Assembly (NCBI GenBank): GCA_051294375.1
Contig: JBJCIZ010000028.1
Location: 1,687,479 to 1,751,478 of the forward strand
Source: Paraspadella gotoi
Taxonomy: Eukaryota > Animalia > Chaetognatha
Direction: 5' to 3'
DNA: 64,000 nt
How positions within the stretch are numbered: the first letter of the stretch is position 1; every line of letters starts with the position of its first letter. A program made the position numbers and the translations under genes. Below are positions 1 through 13,414 of this stretch, piece by piece. Under the pieces are notes generated by a model that saw only the letters and a list, made by a program, of their open reading frames with translations, had not been told where the DNA came from and ran no database searches.

Positions 1-288
1 GGTAATAACGTTTCTTTTGACAAAAAAGGATTTTTCCTGCCGTCCGCTGATTTTCATGTCGGCGCTCTTTCTCAAAAAGAGTCGAGTTTAGGGATTGACC
101 TGACTCGGATGATTTTTTTTTAACCGAAAGCATATTTTCATTTTCGCGCTTTTTTTTGGGTGAGGCGAGTAGAGTGAGTCGAAGGTGAGACGAGGTGAGT
201 ATAGGTAAGTTAAGATGGACGAATTCGACAATGGTTGTGGGACATACCCTCGTCGAGATTTCTTATTTGAAATATGCATCTTTATATT

Positions 289-1331
289 TTATGGTGCATG
301 ACGAAGTTGTAACGAGCAAGGCGACAGGGTCTGACTGAAGCATTTAACCAAGACGTTGACGAATTTGTGACGGAATGAATATTTCGGTTTCATAACAGTA
401 AAAAAAACCCAATGAAGACAACTAGTAACTAGATCAGGTAAAAAAAGTGAATGTAAAATGAGCAAGAAATGCAAAGAGTTGATCGCCCGCCGACGCGACA
501 GCCGGGGAAGCCGGACAACCGATGTAGCCGGCAGCGAGGCAGCCATGGCAGCGGCAGCAAGACAGCCCGAACGATCGAAACGAACCTCGGTCGCCCTGGT
601 AGGACAAATCCTTCTCTTCAGCCCTTTCCCACGGGACGTAGGTGTAGGCCATCGCCGGCGACAGCGACGGCGGCGGCGCGAAATAGGCGGCGCCAACACG
701 ACCGGCGTCGCGGAAATCCCCGGCGTCGTCTCGACGCCGTCTTGGCGCCATCTCGGCGTCCTCGTCCCCTGAGTCGAACCTGGAGGAGGCAAAATGGGGC
801 GTTGAGGGTAATTGAATTCTGGGGCCATATTTTCTAAAAACGCCCCATCTCCGTTTGGGTAATTTAAAATTGGAATAAGAAATTATGCGTTATGGTGTAA
901 GGAATAAGTGACGGGAGGAGTGTTAGGAATGAAGTTATGAATTAAGGTTAAGGATTAGGATTAAAGATAAACATTAAGATTAATTAAGGTTTGAGTAGTA
1001 GTGATAGAAATGGAGCGCTATCAGAAAATAGTGGCCGAATGCTGACGTAGATTAAGCGATGGTAAAAATTCTAAGTCTTAGCTACGGACTTCAAGGAATG
1101 CCGGTGAATTTCTGGTGAATCGCTGCCAGTGAAATCGCCGTGAATGCGAATGCGTTGTTTACGCGGATAAGAGAGAGAGAGAGAGAGAGAGAAGAGAGAG
1201 AGAGAAGAGAGAAAGAGAGCGAAGAGAGAGAGTGAGCAGATGAGAAGAGAATATTGAACAGCATAACGAAGCCGTGATGGAAAAGCGAAAGCTGAATAAC
1301 GAAGGAAAGTTGAGAGAGACAGCGAGACTAC

Positions 1332-1365
<34 letters not shown>

Positions 1366-1895
1366 GGGGGGGGGAAAAGCAAATAACGTCGTGAAAGCGT
1401 TTGTGACGTCGTTGGGATTCGGCGTGACTCTCAAACCAAAATGGGAAAAAGATTTTTTTTTTTTAAGGAAGCGTTGTCGGGGAGGGAATAGAGTGGGGGA
1501 GAGAAGAGGAGAGAGTGAAAGAAAATAAAAATAAAACTCTGAAACATGGGAGGTAGGAAACGGAGGAAGTGAAAAAAGGGAGGAAAAGAGAGGAAAAAGA
1601 CGAGAGAGAGAACGTAAAGGAAGAGGACAGTTTGCCCTAGATTCCGGGAATAGATCGGTGAGAGAGGGAGGAGAGGCTTAAAACCTCCGCTGAAACATTC
1701 ATTCACTGGCAGGGAAAAAAAATGAAAAAAAGAAGAAAAAAAAAGGGAGGGGGGGGGAAAAGAAAAAAAAGAAGAAAAAGGGAAAAGAAGTGAGAGAAGA
1801 AAGAAAGGCAAACGGGGCAGTCCAGACAGACAAAGACCAGACACGTCGGATGAAGATAGAAAAAAGGAGAAATGGCGAGAGAGAGAGAGGAGAGG

Positions 1896-1952
<57 letters not shown>

Positions 1953-4900
1953 AGAGAGAGAGAGATGCCGTAATTTTGATTCGACTTTAGTCTACAGATG
2001 GAGATCTTGTTTTGTTTTTCACTTTTGATGTTTGAGGGAATAGGATGATTAAGTAGCGCGTGATGGCTCCAAATTTTTCTGGGATATATTTTTCTACAAT
2101 AAATTAGAAATATTTAGTATTATTTCTGTTTTTCACCTCGTTATTTATTCTCTCCATTCATATCGTTAATTACGATTCATATTATTATTTTCGCTCAGAA
2201 GGTTAACTCAAAAAAAACTCCGTCGTCGCTCTTCAATCGGATTGCATCAACTACCTGTCAACTAGGTAACATGTGGCGAATCGATGGATTCGCCAACTTC
2301 GATTGAAACGGGCGTAGAATCTTCTTTACGACGTTGTTAATTTCAAGGATTGTTTGAACGGTTTTCGTTCAGTAAAATGTTTCAGAACAAAGTTTCTTAA
2401 TTTGTTCGCCATTAAAATCTGGAACCTTAATAAAATAATCAAAGCATATAGATATTCTATATGCGTAACAAGTAAAGGCAATAACAAAGTAATACTATCA
2501 ATTAATAAACGTTAATAACAATAAGCAATGATTAATAAGCGTTAACCAGTAAAGATAAATATTTGGTTGTAGAATGGAATCTTTATCAAAGCACAAAGAA
2601 ATAATATTGGAGAGGTTCTACAAATAGTAACCATGAACTACTGCTAGTGTGCTCTAGCAAAATATGTGTAAATTAAATGTTACTTTTGTCTTAACATATT
2701 GTTTATATGTTAATAGGTTATAAAGGAAAAATGGAATATCTATTTAAGAAGTACCAGAATGCATAATTGTTAATCCACCGTTTGTGGATGAAGAGTCCGC
2801 GGATCGAATCCGGGAGATGATTATTTTAGTTTATTAAATTAAGTCTTTTCTATANNNNNNNNNNNNNNNNNNNNNNNNNAACTACGGCGACGACACGCGG
2901 GGACCAACCCGCGATGAATTACGCCAGGCTGGAGGAACAGCTGGCTCAGGCGAGCGGAGCAGCGGGAGAGATGCAGCCTCCGGAGGAAGGGGGAATGACA
3001 ATTTGAGTTTTTTCGAGAGCGGGGGAAGATTGGTATTCGTTGTTGTCGTTTTTTGCTTTGACTTTATTAATGATTAATTAAGATTAATAAGATTAATTAA
3101 GATTATTGAAATGATTATTCAATTATTCCGTTGTTGATATGAGGATTAAACATAATCGGGATCGAACTTCCGCTTGTCATTTTTATTTCTAGTTGCGCCG
3201 CGAGTAATCNNNNNNNNNNNNNNNNNNNNNNNNNNNNNNNNNNNNNNNNNNNNNNNNNNNNNNNNNNNNNNNNNNNNNNNNNNNNNNNNNNNNNNNNNNN
3301 NNNNNNNNNNNNNNNNNNNNNNNNNNNNNNNNNNNNNNNNNNNNNNNNNNNNNNNNNNNNNNNNNNNNNNNNNNNNNNNNNNNNNNNNNNNNNNNNNNNN
3401 NNNNNNNNNNNNNNNNNNNNNNNNNNNNNNNNNNNNNNNNNNNNNNNNNNNNNNNNNNNNNNNNNNNNNNNNNNNNNNNNNNNNNNNNNNNNNNNNNNNN
3501 NNNNNNNNNNNNNNNNNNNNNNNNNNNNNNNNNNNNNNNNNNNNNNNNNNNNNNNNNNNNNNNNNNNNNNNNNNNNNNNNNNNNNNNNNNNNNNNNNNNN
3601 NNNNNNNNNNNNNNNNNNNNNNNNNNNNNNNNNNNNNNNNNNNNNNNNNNNNNNNNNNNNNNNNNNNNNNNNNNNNNNNNNNNNNNNNNNNNNNNNNNNN
3701 NNNNNNNNNNNNNNNNNNNNNNNNNNNNNNNNNNNNNNNNNNNNNNNNNNNNNNNNNNNNNNNNNNNNNNNNNNNNNNNNNNNNNNNNNNNNNNNNNNNN
3801 NNNNNNNNNNNNNNNNNNNNNNNNNNNNNNNNNNNNNNNNNNNNNNNNNNNNNNNNNNNNNNNNNNNNNNNNNNNNNNNNNNNNNNNNNNNNNNNNNNNN
3901 NNNNNNNNNNNNNNNNNNNNNNNNNNNNNNNNNNNNNNNNNNNNNNNNNNNNNNNNNNNNNNNNNNNNNNNNNNNNNNNNNNNNNCATCCAACCTTTGAT
4001 ATACAGCGTGGCCTCGACAATTTCCTCTTCGACTTTCCTCGGTCGAGATTCAACTCCTCGAAAGAAATTGAGCCGAGACGAAAGAGAATGAGAAGTCGGT
4101 GGATGAGAGAGAGAGTGAGACGGAGTCGGTGGATGAGAGAGAGAGTGAGAGGGAGTGGGACGATGTCGGCCAGTCTGAGGTCGCGTCGGCTGAGAAGTCT
4201 GGCGAGGAGGTCGAGTTGTCGTTTCCGTCGGCTGAGTTGTCGGTTGAGATGAAGAACGAGTTGAGATGTTGAGCTTTTGAGAAAAAAAGAGAAAAAAATT
4301 TCTATTTTCATTTAGTTAATAGCAAAAAATTACAATCAATAAAACTAAAATATTGCGGTCTTCTTTTCCCAAAGCACCCCATTGCTTCTTAAATTCGGAA
4401 TTGAATTAGTTTTAAGGTTAGGGGCAACAGGTTAGGGATAAGGTTAGGGATTAGAGTTACTTGATCAGGTTAGTGATTTGGTTTAAGGATTAGGGCTGGG
4501 ATTAATCTTTAAGGTTAAGTGTTAGAGCCCTTCCTACCCTGTCCCTCCATTTCTCCCTCCCCCTTCCTCCCCTCTCCCTCCCTTTCTCCCTCCTCCCTCC
4601 CATTCGTCTCACGTGATCTTTCCCGTTTTCCATCACGTGACTATCGTTGTCGTCGTCGTCGTCGTTGATGTTGCTGTTGAAACCTTTGATGTTGTCGGAT
4701 GACGGTCGCCTGAAGGAAAAGTCGATAGCAGCACCTGCTGTTTGCAGCCATTGTGGTATTTATTTTAGTCAACTACATCTGCTATTGAATTGACAATTAT
4801 AGCAACATATATCGCACTAACTACTACTGTATCATCGCAGGAGAATCATGATTGGTCGAGGCGGAATCGGAATGGACCAATCAGCTTGCAGAACCAATGG

Positions 4901-5730
4901 AATTGTAAAAATAACTCTTGCCTCTGATCCTCTTTTCTAGATATAAATAGACTTAGCTTTTCTTAGTTTCAGTAGAATTGATCTGGACTCCTGGGTGTGT
5001 CTCACCGTCACTATTTTATTCTCAGAATAAATCTAGTTTTTGTATTCACCAAAAACCCATGAGTTTTTCCTTAAATGTGGTGGCAGCGGTGGGATTCAAA
5101 CCCACGCCTCCGAAGAGACTATTACAAACTAGTTGCATAGCATCAACGCCATCAACTGCTGCACTGAATGGGTAAGTAATACAAACATAGTTATCGCAAA
5201 TACAGCGGTAACAAATACAGCTTCATTACAACTGTAGCAACTACTGCAGAAGAAACTACGGTCTCACTGAAGCAACTATAACTGCTACAGCCACTGCAGC
5301 AAGATCATCCTTACCTTCTTGGTCGATTTGTTTTCGTCGGTGAAGCGACCCTGATCGTTTCTAATCCCTTACCCTCTGTAAAAAAATGGTAAGTTAGTCA
5401 GTTAGAAGTACAAAAGGAAAAGAGTCATTGTTCGACGCTGATTGGTCGAAAAGGATTCCTCTCCGACCAATCACGAATCGAGAGACAATATACATTTATC
5501 TTTATTTAATTTAAATTTAATTTAAATTTAATTTAAATTTTAAATGTACCTTCTTTCTCTTCCTCTTCCTCCTCTTCCTCGTCCATCGTCGTCGTCATGA
5601 ATGTCGTCGTTACGACGTCCTCTTCCTCTTCCTCCTCCTCCTCCTCATCATCGTCTAAGTCGTCGTTGTCGTCGTCGGTATTATCGTCGTCGTCGTCGTC
5701 TTTCCAGGCGCGAGTGCGTAGAAAGAAAGT
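289..5730 (-). other. Possible low-complexity multi-exon gene fragments
   Basis: GC-rich blocks with AG/GT borders on the - strand (e.g. ~5315-5375, ~5549-5730 acidic, ~4610-4710, 289-833); no recognisable domain. Confidence 0.25.
5078..5120 (-). pseudogene. 3' half of tRNA-Leu ending in CCA (retroposed fragment)
   Basis: Reverse complement AGTCTCTTCGGAGGCGTGGGTTTGAATCCCACCGCTGCCA-CCA matches the variable arm, T arm and acceptor stem of metazoan tRNA-Leu; the 5' half is absent. Confidence 0.75.
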
Positions 5731-6256
5731 TCCGGCTGGTGGGAGAGGGAGAGAGGGAGACAGAGAGGGGTAGGGGAGAGGAAAAGAGAGGGAGAGAAGA
5801 GAGAGGGAGAGGGAGGGAAGGGACCAGGGAGAGAGAGGGGATGGAGAGAGAGATGGGGAGGAGAGAGGGGGAGAGGGAGGGAGAGAGAGAGGGGAGAGAG
5901 AGGGGTGAGGAGAGATGGAGCAGAGGGGACATAGGGCGATAGAGAGAGTCCCGGAAGAAGAGAGGAGGGTGAGGGAGAGAGAGAGAGACAGAGGTAAATC
6001 AGGGGGGAGAGAAGGAGAGGGCGAGAGGGGTTAAGAGAAACAATGAAACTAAAGAGTAAAGACAGTGAAAAGACAGTCGAAAGACAATTAAATTGTATTG
6101 AACTGACAGTGAACTGACAACGAGTCTCACCCGTTTGAGATTTCGAGACACAAATTCCGAGTTTTCTCATCGTTTTGTTGTCATAGGATCGAGGACTGAG
6201 AGAGAGAGAGAGAGAACATTTGAACATTTGAACATTTATCTGAGTGGGGCTTTAGG

Positions 6257-6303
<47 letters not shown>

Positions 6304-6560
6304 GGAGAGAGTGGAAATACAGGTTGGCAATCAAACATTTAAATTTAAATAGTTAAAAAAAAAAACAACTAAAAAAGATCAAAAAATAAACAAGAAGCAA
6401 AACTGTAATTTAAAGCAGAACAAAATATCAAAATAATACAATATGAAAATAAAATCAAACAAAATCACAACAAAACAAAAAAACAAAACAAAAGCACGAA
6501 ACCAACTTGTTGTATCGGGCGCCGATGAGAAACGCCCTCTCCTTTCCTCCTCCTCCTTCT

Positions 6561-6596
<36 letters not shown>

Positions 6597-6751
6597 AGAA
6601 AGGCCGCTGCCGGCGCGGAGGTAACGTCAGGGTCGCTGCTGTCGCTCCCGCGGCGCTGCAGCGTCGGGGCTGCGGCGGCGGCGGCGCCGTGGGGCACTCG
6701 GGATTTGGGTTGATCTTTTTCGTGGAAGTGAGAGGGAAGAGAGAGAGAGTC

Positions 6752-6792
<41 letters not shown>

Positions 6793-6871
6793 GGGAAATA
6801 AAGTCAACAAATAAATAATTTAACAAACCTCATTCATTCTAATATCAACCCAATTAGTAACCAATTAGTAA

Positions 6872-7090
6872 CCTGATGGCTCATTGAGTAAAGCCATCAG
6901 CTCATGGCCATTGACCATTAGGTACCGGGTTCAATCCCAACCCTGCGGGAAGCGTGAGGACGGCCGTAAACCGCCTTGGGGGGCGTGGAAAAACCCTCAA
7001 AGCCTGGTTCCAAGCTCAGGACCCTCAAACCCTCAAACCCTCAAAGCCTGGTTCCAAGCTCAGGACCCGTTCCATTATTGCTGAGGGGGC
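6872..7090 (+). mobile_element. tRNA-derived SINE, family 1
   Basis: A-box-like TGGCTCATTGAG and B-box GGTTCAATCCC; homologous copies at 34855-35010 (-) and 60705-60780 (-, 3' part); internal duplication of the 3' segment. Confidence 0.75.
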
Positions 7091-7145
7091 ACGGAAGATA
7101 TTTGAAAGTAGTCGTCAGTCTACTTATTCACATAATATACCCGTA

Positions 7146-7280
7146 ACCACACTCTCTGGAACGCTCTCAACCACACTCCAGGCCACACTCTCACCCACAC
7201 TCCACGCCACACTCTCAACAACACTCTCACCCACACTCCAAGCCACACTCTCACCCACACTCCAAGCCGCACTGACACTC
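7146..7280. repeat. 24-bp minisatellite
   Basis: ccacactctcacccacactcca(a/g)g repeated about 5 times. Confidence 0.85.
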
Positions 7281-9169
7281 CACAACCAAATCACCGAAAT
7301 CACCCGTCAGCGCCATCAACTTGGCGTCGTGCGTGAATCGCGGCGCCGTCGCCGCCCGCGCCGTTACGGCCGGCGTCGTCCGTGGCGCCGGTAGGGGCGT
7401 GGCCCGTGGCGCCGGTAGGGGCGTGGCCCTTGGCGCCATCGCGGCGTCTCGCTTTCGGTCGCCTCCGATGGATTTCGACGTCCAGGGAGGCGAAGTTGCC
7501 GAGAACGCCGTCTGAGTCGGAGTGAAAATTGGAAATATTATCGAAAAACGTTCCATTTTTGTTATTATTGTTTAATCCCTAACCCAATCTCTTGACCATG
7601 TATCCAGANNNNNNNNNNNNNNNNNNNNNNNNNNNNNNNNNNNNNNNNNNNNNNNNNNNNNNNNNNNNNNNNNNNNNNNNNNNNNNNNNNNNNNNNNNNN
7701 NNNNNNNNNNNNNNNNNNNNNNNNNNNNNNNNNNNNNNNNNNNNNAAAATCTTATTTCCCGCCGTCCGACCTTGTGAAGAAAAATATACCCGGTTTTTGG
7801 CGATAATAATTAAAAATATATTCGATATCAAGATTATCAAGATTAAACCTATCTCGCCATATTTATTTACATCACTTTCGTTAGTTTTTTTAGTTTNNNN
7901 NNNNNNNNNNNNNNNNNNNNNNNNNNNNNNNNNNNNNNNNNNNNNNNNNNNNNNNNNNNNNNNNNNNNNNNNNNNNNNNNNNNNNNNNNNNNNNNNNNNN
8001 NNNNNNNNNNNNNNNNNNNNNNNNNNNNNNNNNNNNNNNNNNNNNNNNNNNNNNNNNNNNNNNNNNNNNNNNNNNNNNNNNNNNNNNNNNNNNNNNNNNN
8101 NNNNNNNNNNNNNNNNNNNNNNNNNNNNNNNNNNNNNNNNNNNNNNNNNNNNNNNNNNNNNNNNNNNNNNNNNNNNNNNNNNNNNNNNNNNNNNNNNNNN
8201 NNNNNNNNNNNNNNNNNNNNNNNNNNNNNNNNNNNNNNNNNNNNNNNNNNNNNNNNNNNNNNNNNNNNNNNNNNNNNNNNNNNNNNNNNNNNNNNNNNNN
8301 NNNNNNNNNNNNNNNNNNNNNNNNNNNNNNNNNNNNNNNNNNNNNNNNNNNNNNNNNNNNNNNNNNNNNNNNNNNNNNNNNNNNNNNNNNNNNNNNNNNN
8401 NNNNNNNNNNNNNNNNNNNNNNNNNNNNNNNNNNNNNNNNNNNNNNNNNNNNNNNNNNNNNNNNNNNNNNNNNNNNNNNNNNNNNNNNNNNNNNNNNNNN
8501 NNNNNNNNNNNNNNNNNNNNNNNNNNNNNNNNNNNNNNNNNNNNNNNNNNNNNNNNNNNNNNNNNNNNNNNNNNNNNNNNNNNNNNNNNNNNNNNNNNNN
8601 NNNNNNNNNNNNNNNNNNNNNNNNNNNNNNNNNNNNNNNNNNNNNNNNNNNNNNNNNNNNNNNNNNNNNNNNNNNNNNNNNNNNNNNNNNNNNNNNNNNN
8701 NNTTTTTTTTGGAGAAAAAGGATGAATAGAGATATTTATGTCGACAGTTCAAAATTTAGTAGACTGAAAACGAAATCAGTTCAAACTGTCGTTTGTCTCA
8801 ACGAGTAAGATCTTGCATGATTGTAGTTAACGTCGATATCAGAATCAGAGGATGGAGTTTGTTCCATCTTAATTAAAATACTTGAATGTACTCCTTAGTT
8901 TTGTAAACATTTATAAACTGATGATGTAAATTAACACGACTCGTTTAAAAGACTCTCTTATGAATATACATACTTATATAACCAACTGAATAAATGCTCA
9001 TACTACACTTTTGAAATAAGAATATTTATAACGTGTTCTTCCGCCATCGTCTGTCATCTAAGATCGACACCTTTCTTCCTATAATTTTTTTTCCGTTTCA
9101 TGTTGATTTTCCTATCATTTTTTCTTTTTTTTACTTCAGAATTTAATCCAGGATACGAATTCAGCGAAG

Positions 9170-9575
9170 ATTGGATTAAAAATGAAATTATAAATGGATT
9201 AGAAATTAGAAAATTAATGGAAATTAAAAATGTGAGAATAGAAATTAGAAAATAGAAAGGAATTAGAATAATAATACTTAGAATAAACTTAGAAAAAAGA
9301 AATAGAATTAGAAATAAAAATATAAAATGGATAAGAAATTAGAAATATTAATGGATTAGAAATTAAGAAATAGAAATTAGAAATAGAAATGAATTAGAAA
9401 TTAAAAATATAAATAGAAAGAAATAGAATTACAAATTTAGAAATAATAAATGGATTATAATTAAAAGATAGAAAGTGAATTAGAAATAGAATGGAATGTA
9501 AGAAATATTGATGGATTAGAAAAATCATGAATAAGAAATGGATTAGAAATTTGAAAATAAATGGATTAGAAATAC
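9170..9575. repeat. Degenerate AT-rich satellite (aattagaaat-like units)
   Basis: Recurrent ggattagaaat/aattagaaat motifs. Confidence 0.75.
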
Positions 9576-10580
9576 TTAGTAACGTTTATTAAACAGGGAA
9601 ACGATTTCCAGTCTTAATTGACGATTTATATAATTTCAAATTCACACTGAGACCGAAGTTGTTTAATTAGAGTTTCCTCATTGGACATTTCAAGGCAATT
9701 TAGTCAACCACCGTTCCAAGTATTTAAATTTAAATTCGCGATTAAGTAGACACTAGACCATAACTCGTGATGAGTTTTGAGTTTTATTCTCGCAACCCAT
9801 TCGCTAACGCCATCCGCCTGGCGTAAAAGCGAGCCATCTCTCTTCCCACAGAGACGCTTTACGTTCCCCTTTGACTTAGGGTACAAGCAGATCTAAATTT
9901 ATGAAAGTAGCTCATGTCAGGCGGAAGTTTGACTTATTTGTGCGGAGAGAAATACAAGGGTTCAAATTTCAAAACTACAATGTAAAAGACGATTTGTAAG
10001 ACAAATAATTACAAATACTCTAGCACTTGACAAACGAGGATTTCACGTGAGTTTCTTTGTTGAAAGTTGAAAAAATTAATTCACAGGTCCGACTAAATAT
10101 TTATGCTAATGAGAAAACATAGACATGAAAGAGTTTTGTCGCCAAGAGATATTTAATATTTATTTTCCTAGTGTTCTAATTGCTCCTACTAATTACTTAT
10201 CTCTAGTCAAAAATTTTTAAATCAAAATGCAGTATAAAAAAAATACATATATTATGTGACATCGAAAAACATACAAAACGAAATAATCAGAGCCGAAATT
10301 ATCATATGAGAACATTGTCATAATCAGATAATCCTAAGCGTTAAGTAAATCCGAGAGGGAATCCCAAATTTTAATAAACGAGTTTGAGCAAACAATGTCG
10401 GATCTGCCCACGATCATTATCGGTAGTTAATTAATTAATTAATTAATTAATTAATTAATTAATTAAAACGCCGGCTAATCAATAGTTTTGGATGACGTCA
10501 TGGAGTCTAACGAAAGTAGAAAAAAGTTCAATTCTGGTGGTCCTATCACCACAGATGGATTAAAGCTGTTTCTTTCGCAG

Positions 10581-10795
10581 CGCCTCAGTGGCTCAGTGGA
10601 CTAATGCACCATCCCAATGTGCGTCCCTGGTTCGAGCCCTGAGGTTGTCATGTGGAAAGTGGGATGGACCGGGTAACCCTCCTGTAGGCATGGGCCTACT
10701 GCCAGATCCAAAGCTCTGGACTACATGAACATGCTGTCTCGCTGTTGCCACGAGGTGACACCGCTGCGGGTGTGGCGCCCTGTAAAACCAGCCTC
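10581..10795 (+). mobile_element. Probable tRNA-derived SINE, family 2
   Basis: GC-rich island with A box TGGCTCAGTGG and B box GGTTCGAGCCC at tRNA-like spacing, then a non-tRNA body; single copy in the window. Confidence 0.55.
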
Positions 10796-12186
10796 TTCAC
10801 AATCATCTTTTTCCATTTCGTTTCAAAAAGGATTTCACGAATTCTCCTCGGGCTCACCAGTTATGTAGAGGCACATAAATATTGTTAAATGTTATACCTC
10901 GCAATTCAATTTTCCCTCTCTATCAAACGTTTTTGCTCTGAGTTGTATTTGACCGGTCTTTTATCTGACTGTTGAGCATTTTTACTGGTCTTTTGTTTGG
11001 CCGTCGTCGTCGTCACTAAGAAACACGTTGTCTGTCCCAATAACAGTTTTACGGACATTATTGTGAAAATAAACATCTGAATATATCTCTCGTCTTTTCC
11101 TTCAGAATCTGTCTCGACATTCAGCTAATATTCCGATTTTTATCCACGAAGATCCTACGTTGAACCACACAGATCGGGCGAATTTGCGGGCGTGAAGTCG
11201 AAACACCTTCACAAATACATTTATTTGACAATAGTTTATTGACAGACACAAAGACAATGTTCAATCGTGAGTGATTAAATGGAAAATTAAAATTTCATTT
11301 TACTTGAACAATAAGCAACAAAACAATAGCAACCATTTCTTTCGTTTTGTTTTTCCTAATGTTTCTCTTTAAGGAATCCCACAGTATCCCAAGGATCCAC
11401 ACGTCGCTCAAAGTCCACATCCGCCCGAGATAATGCCTCGACAGCTTGCAGCTCACAAGATATGGAAGGGGGTGGAGGACACAGTCAGCAGGTTTGGTAA
11501 AAAAGAGAGTATACGAAAAGCCGCCTGGCGGCCAACAAAGGAGTAAGAACAATGTATCTGTTTACAGTATGTTGACATAGAACTGTCACCTTGGGTTGAA
11601 ACTAACGATTTAATAATTGTACTCTCCATTTAATACAATGGAAACCTCGTGGAATACAAGGATCCAGCTATGGGATCACGTATATTTCAATTTTATTAAA
11701 AAGTTATATGGGAGAATATTTTTGGATTAAAAATAAAAACTACAACTCGCTGGATTAAATAGTCCAATTTTATATTTTATTTGAATGGAATGATAAAATG
11801 TTAATCATGTTTAATACTTAAGTTATTGAAAATACTCTTCAGATGANNNNNNNNNNNNNNNNNNNNNNNNNNNNNNNNNNNNNNNNNNNNNNNNNNNNNN
11901 NNNNNNNNNNNNNNNNNNNNNNNNNNNNNNNNNNNNNNNNNNNNNNAGTAAGGTGCTTGTAGCAGCCAAGGCCTAGCACGCTACAGCATATCAAGTTGCC
12001 ACTATCTAGAAAAGAGCTTTTTTAGAGTTTCTTTTCCAAAGCAATTAAACTTTTTTGATTCCCATGTTGTTTTGATGACTTAGTTGTTTCTCTTTTTTCT
12101 ATTAATAGATAAACCAAGATACATACCAATTTTGCTCAAGGAAAATACCTTCAATAAAATTNNNNNNNNNNNNNNNNNNNNNNNNN

Positions 12187-12210
12187 CAGAGCCTTGTGCC
12201 TGAAGGGAAA
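12187..12210 (+). ncRNA. 3' end of an SL-A RNA gene truncated by an N gap
   Basis: cagagccttgtgcctgaagggaaa directly after the gap, followed by the A2-type downstream flank. Confidence 0.65.
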
Positions 12211-12530
12211 TCTATAAATCCTGCTCATATATAAAATTTTTTTTTTGCATAATCTATTAATAATTTTTTCTCCAGTTGCTCATTTCTTATGTGGGGAAAG
12301 GAAACTACATTTATTATTTTATAGTTGGTAGTTCCCATTGAAATGTTCCCTGGCCTCGCCCATTTTGAATAGAAATTCATAAAAATAGCTTTGTAATTTT
12401 TTAACAAGCTTTGCCATTAACTGTCTTACAAATGAATTGTCAAGACCTATGAAGAAATGATCATTCGGCAAGTGCCCATCCAAAAATTACTCTAAGCTGT
12501 CATAATTCAGCAAAGTTTGGTACAGGATTT

Positions 12531-12640
12531 AAACAATTTTTTGAGTACATTCTATTTTTTCAAAGTATGTATATATCTCTTTCATCAAGATATTTCTCTC
12601 AAGTAGAGAGTTCTTTCAGAGCCTTGAGCCTGATTGAAAA
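12531..12640 (+). ncRNA. Divergent SL-like RNA gene, class B (copy 1)
   Basis: AAACAATTTTTTGAGTACATTCTATTTTTTCAAA|GTATGT (donor 12565); hairpins ATATCT/AGATAT, CTCTC/GAGAG and TCAG/CTGA; colinear with SL-A. Confidence 0.65.
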
Positions 12641-12775
12641 TATATATAAGAAGAGATTATTTTTTCTTTCTTTTTTTAAATTAATTGTAGTTTTCAAATC
12701 ATGTATACATATTTATATTTTGGAATGTCGTCCCTATTTTTCTTCTTCAGCTTTCAGAAATAAGAAATTAGAAAA

Positions 12776-12894
12776 AGCCTACAACACCCGGGATTCCCAG
12801 GCGGTCACCCATCCAAGTACTAACCGGGCCCGACGTTGCTTAACTTCGGTGATCAGACGAGAACCGGTGTATTCAACGTGGTATGGTCGTAGGC
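12776..12894 (-). rRNA. 5S rRNA gene, copy 1
   Basis: Reverse complement reads GCCTACGACCATACCACGTTGAATACACCGGTTCTCGTCTGATCACCGAAGTTAAGCAACGTCGGGCCCGGTTAGTACTTGGATGGGTGACCGCCTGGGAATCCCGGGTGTTGTAGGCT. This is a typical 119-nt invertebrate 5S with internal A/C boxes, ending in a T5 Pol III terminator. Confidence 0.98.
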
Positions 12895-13414
12895 ACAGAA
12901 GGACGCATATCAAGTTGCCATTATCTAGAAAAGGGCTCTTTTAGAGTTTCTTTTCCAAAGCAATTAAACTTTTTTGATTCGCATGTTGTCTTGATGACTT
13001 TGTTGTTTCTATTTTTGCTATTAATAGATAAACCAAGATTCATACCAATTTTGCTCAAGGAAAATACCTTCAATAAAATTGACTCAAGATGTGCGGTTGA
13101 GTCAGAGTTAAAACTTTTGTTCAAAAACTTGGAGACGAGGCTTTCTTTGCTTCATTTGCATAAGAAAACAAAAATGCTGATAATCAGAAGCAGAATAAGT
13201 TTTGGGACTAACTTTTTATCATCAAAAGTCAAATACTACTTGCAATTGTTTTTTAAAATTATTTAGGTTAATCTTTAATAGTTATAATTCAAGACTGCAA
13301 AACTGTGGCTTCTCATTCTTTTAGTAAAAATGGATCAAAACTGTACTTGCTTGATAAAAAACTAAAAACTTTTTCAAAAAGGTATGGCATGAAAAAATTT
13401 GTGCCAAAACATCG

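Noticed and set aside
1071-1990. ORFs rich in SL/ER dipeptides here and throughout the window
   Set aside because: Translations of (GA)n/(CT)n microsatellites.
5040-5300. LTR retrotransposon starting at the tRNA-Leu PBS-like site
   Set aside because: No gag/pol ORF downstream and no recognisable LTR pair in the window.
3115-8752. Long ORFs spanning N runs (also ~27.5, 42, 50, 53, 57 and 59 kb)
   Set aside because: Their length comes from assembly gaps translated as X.
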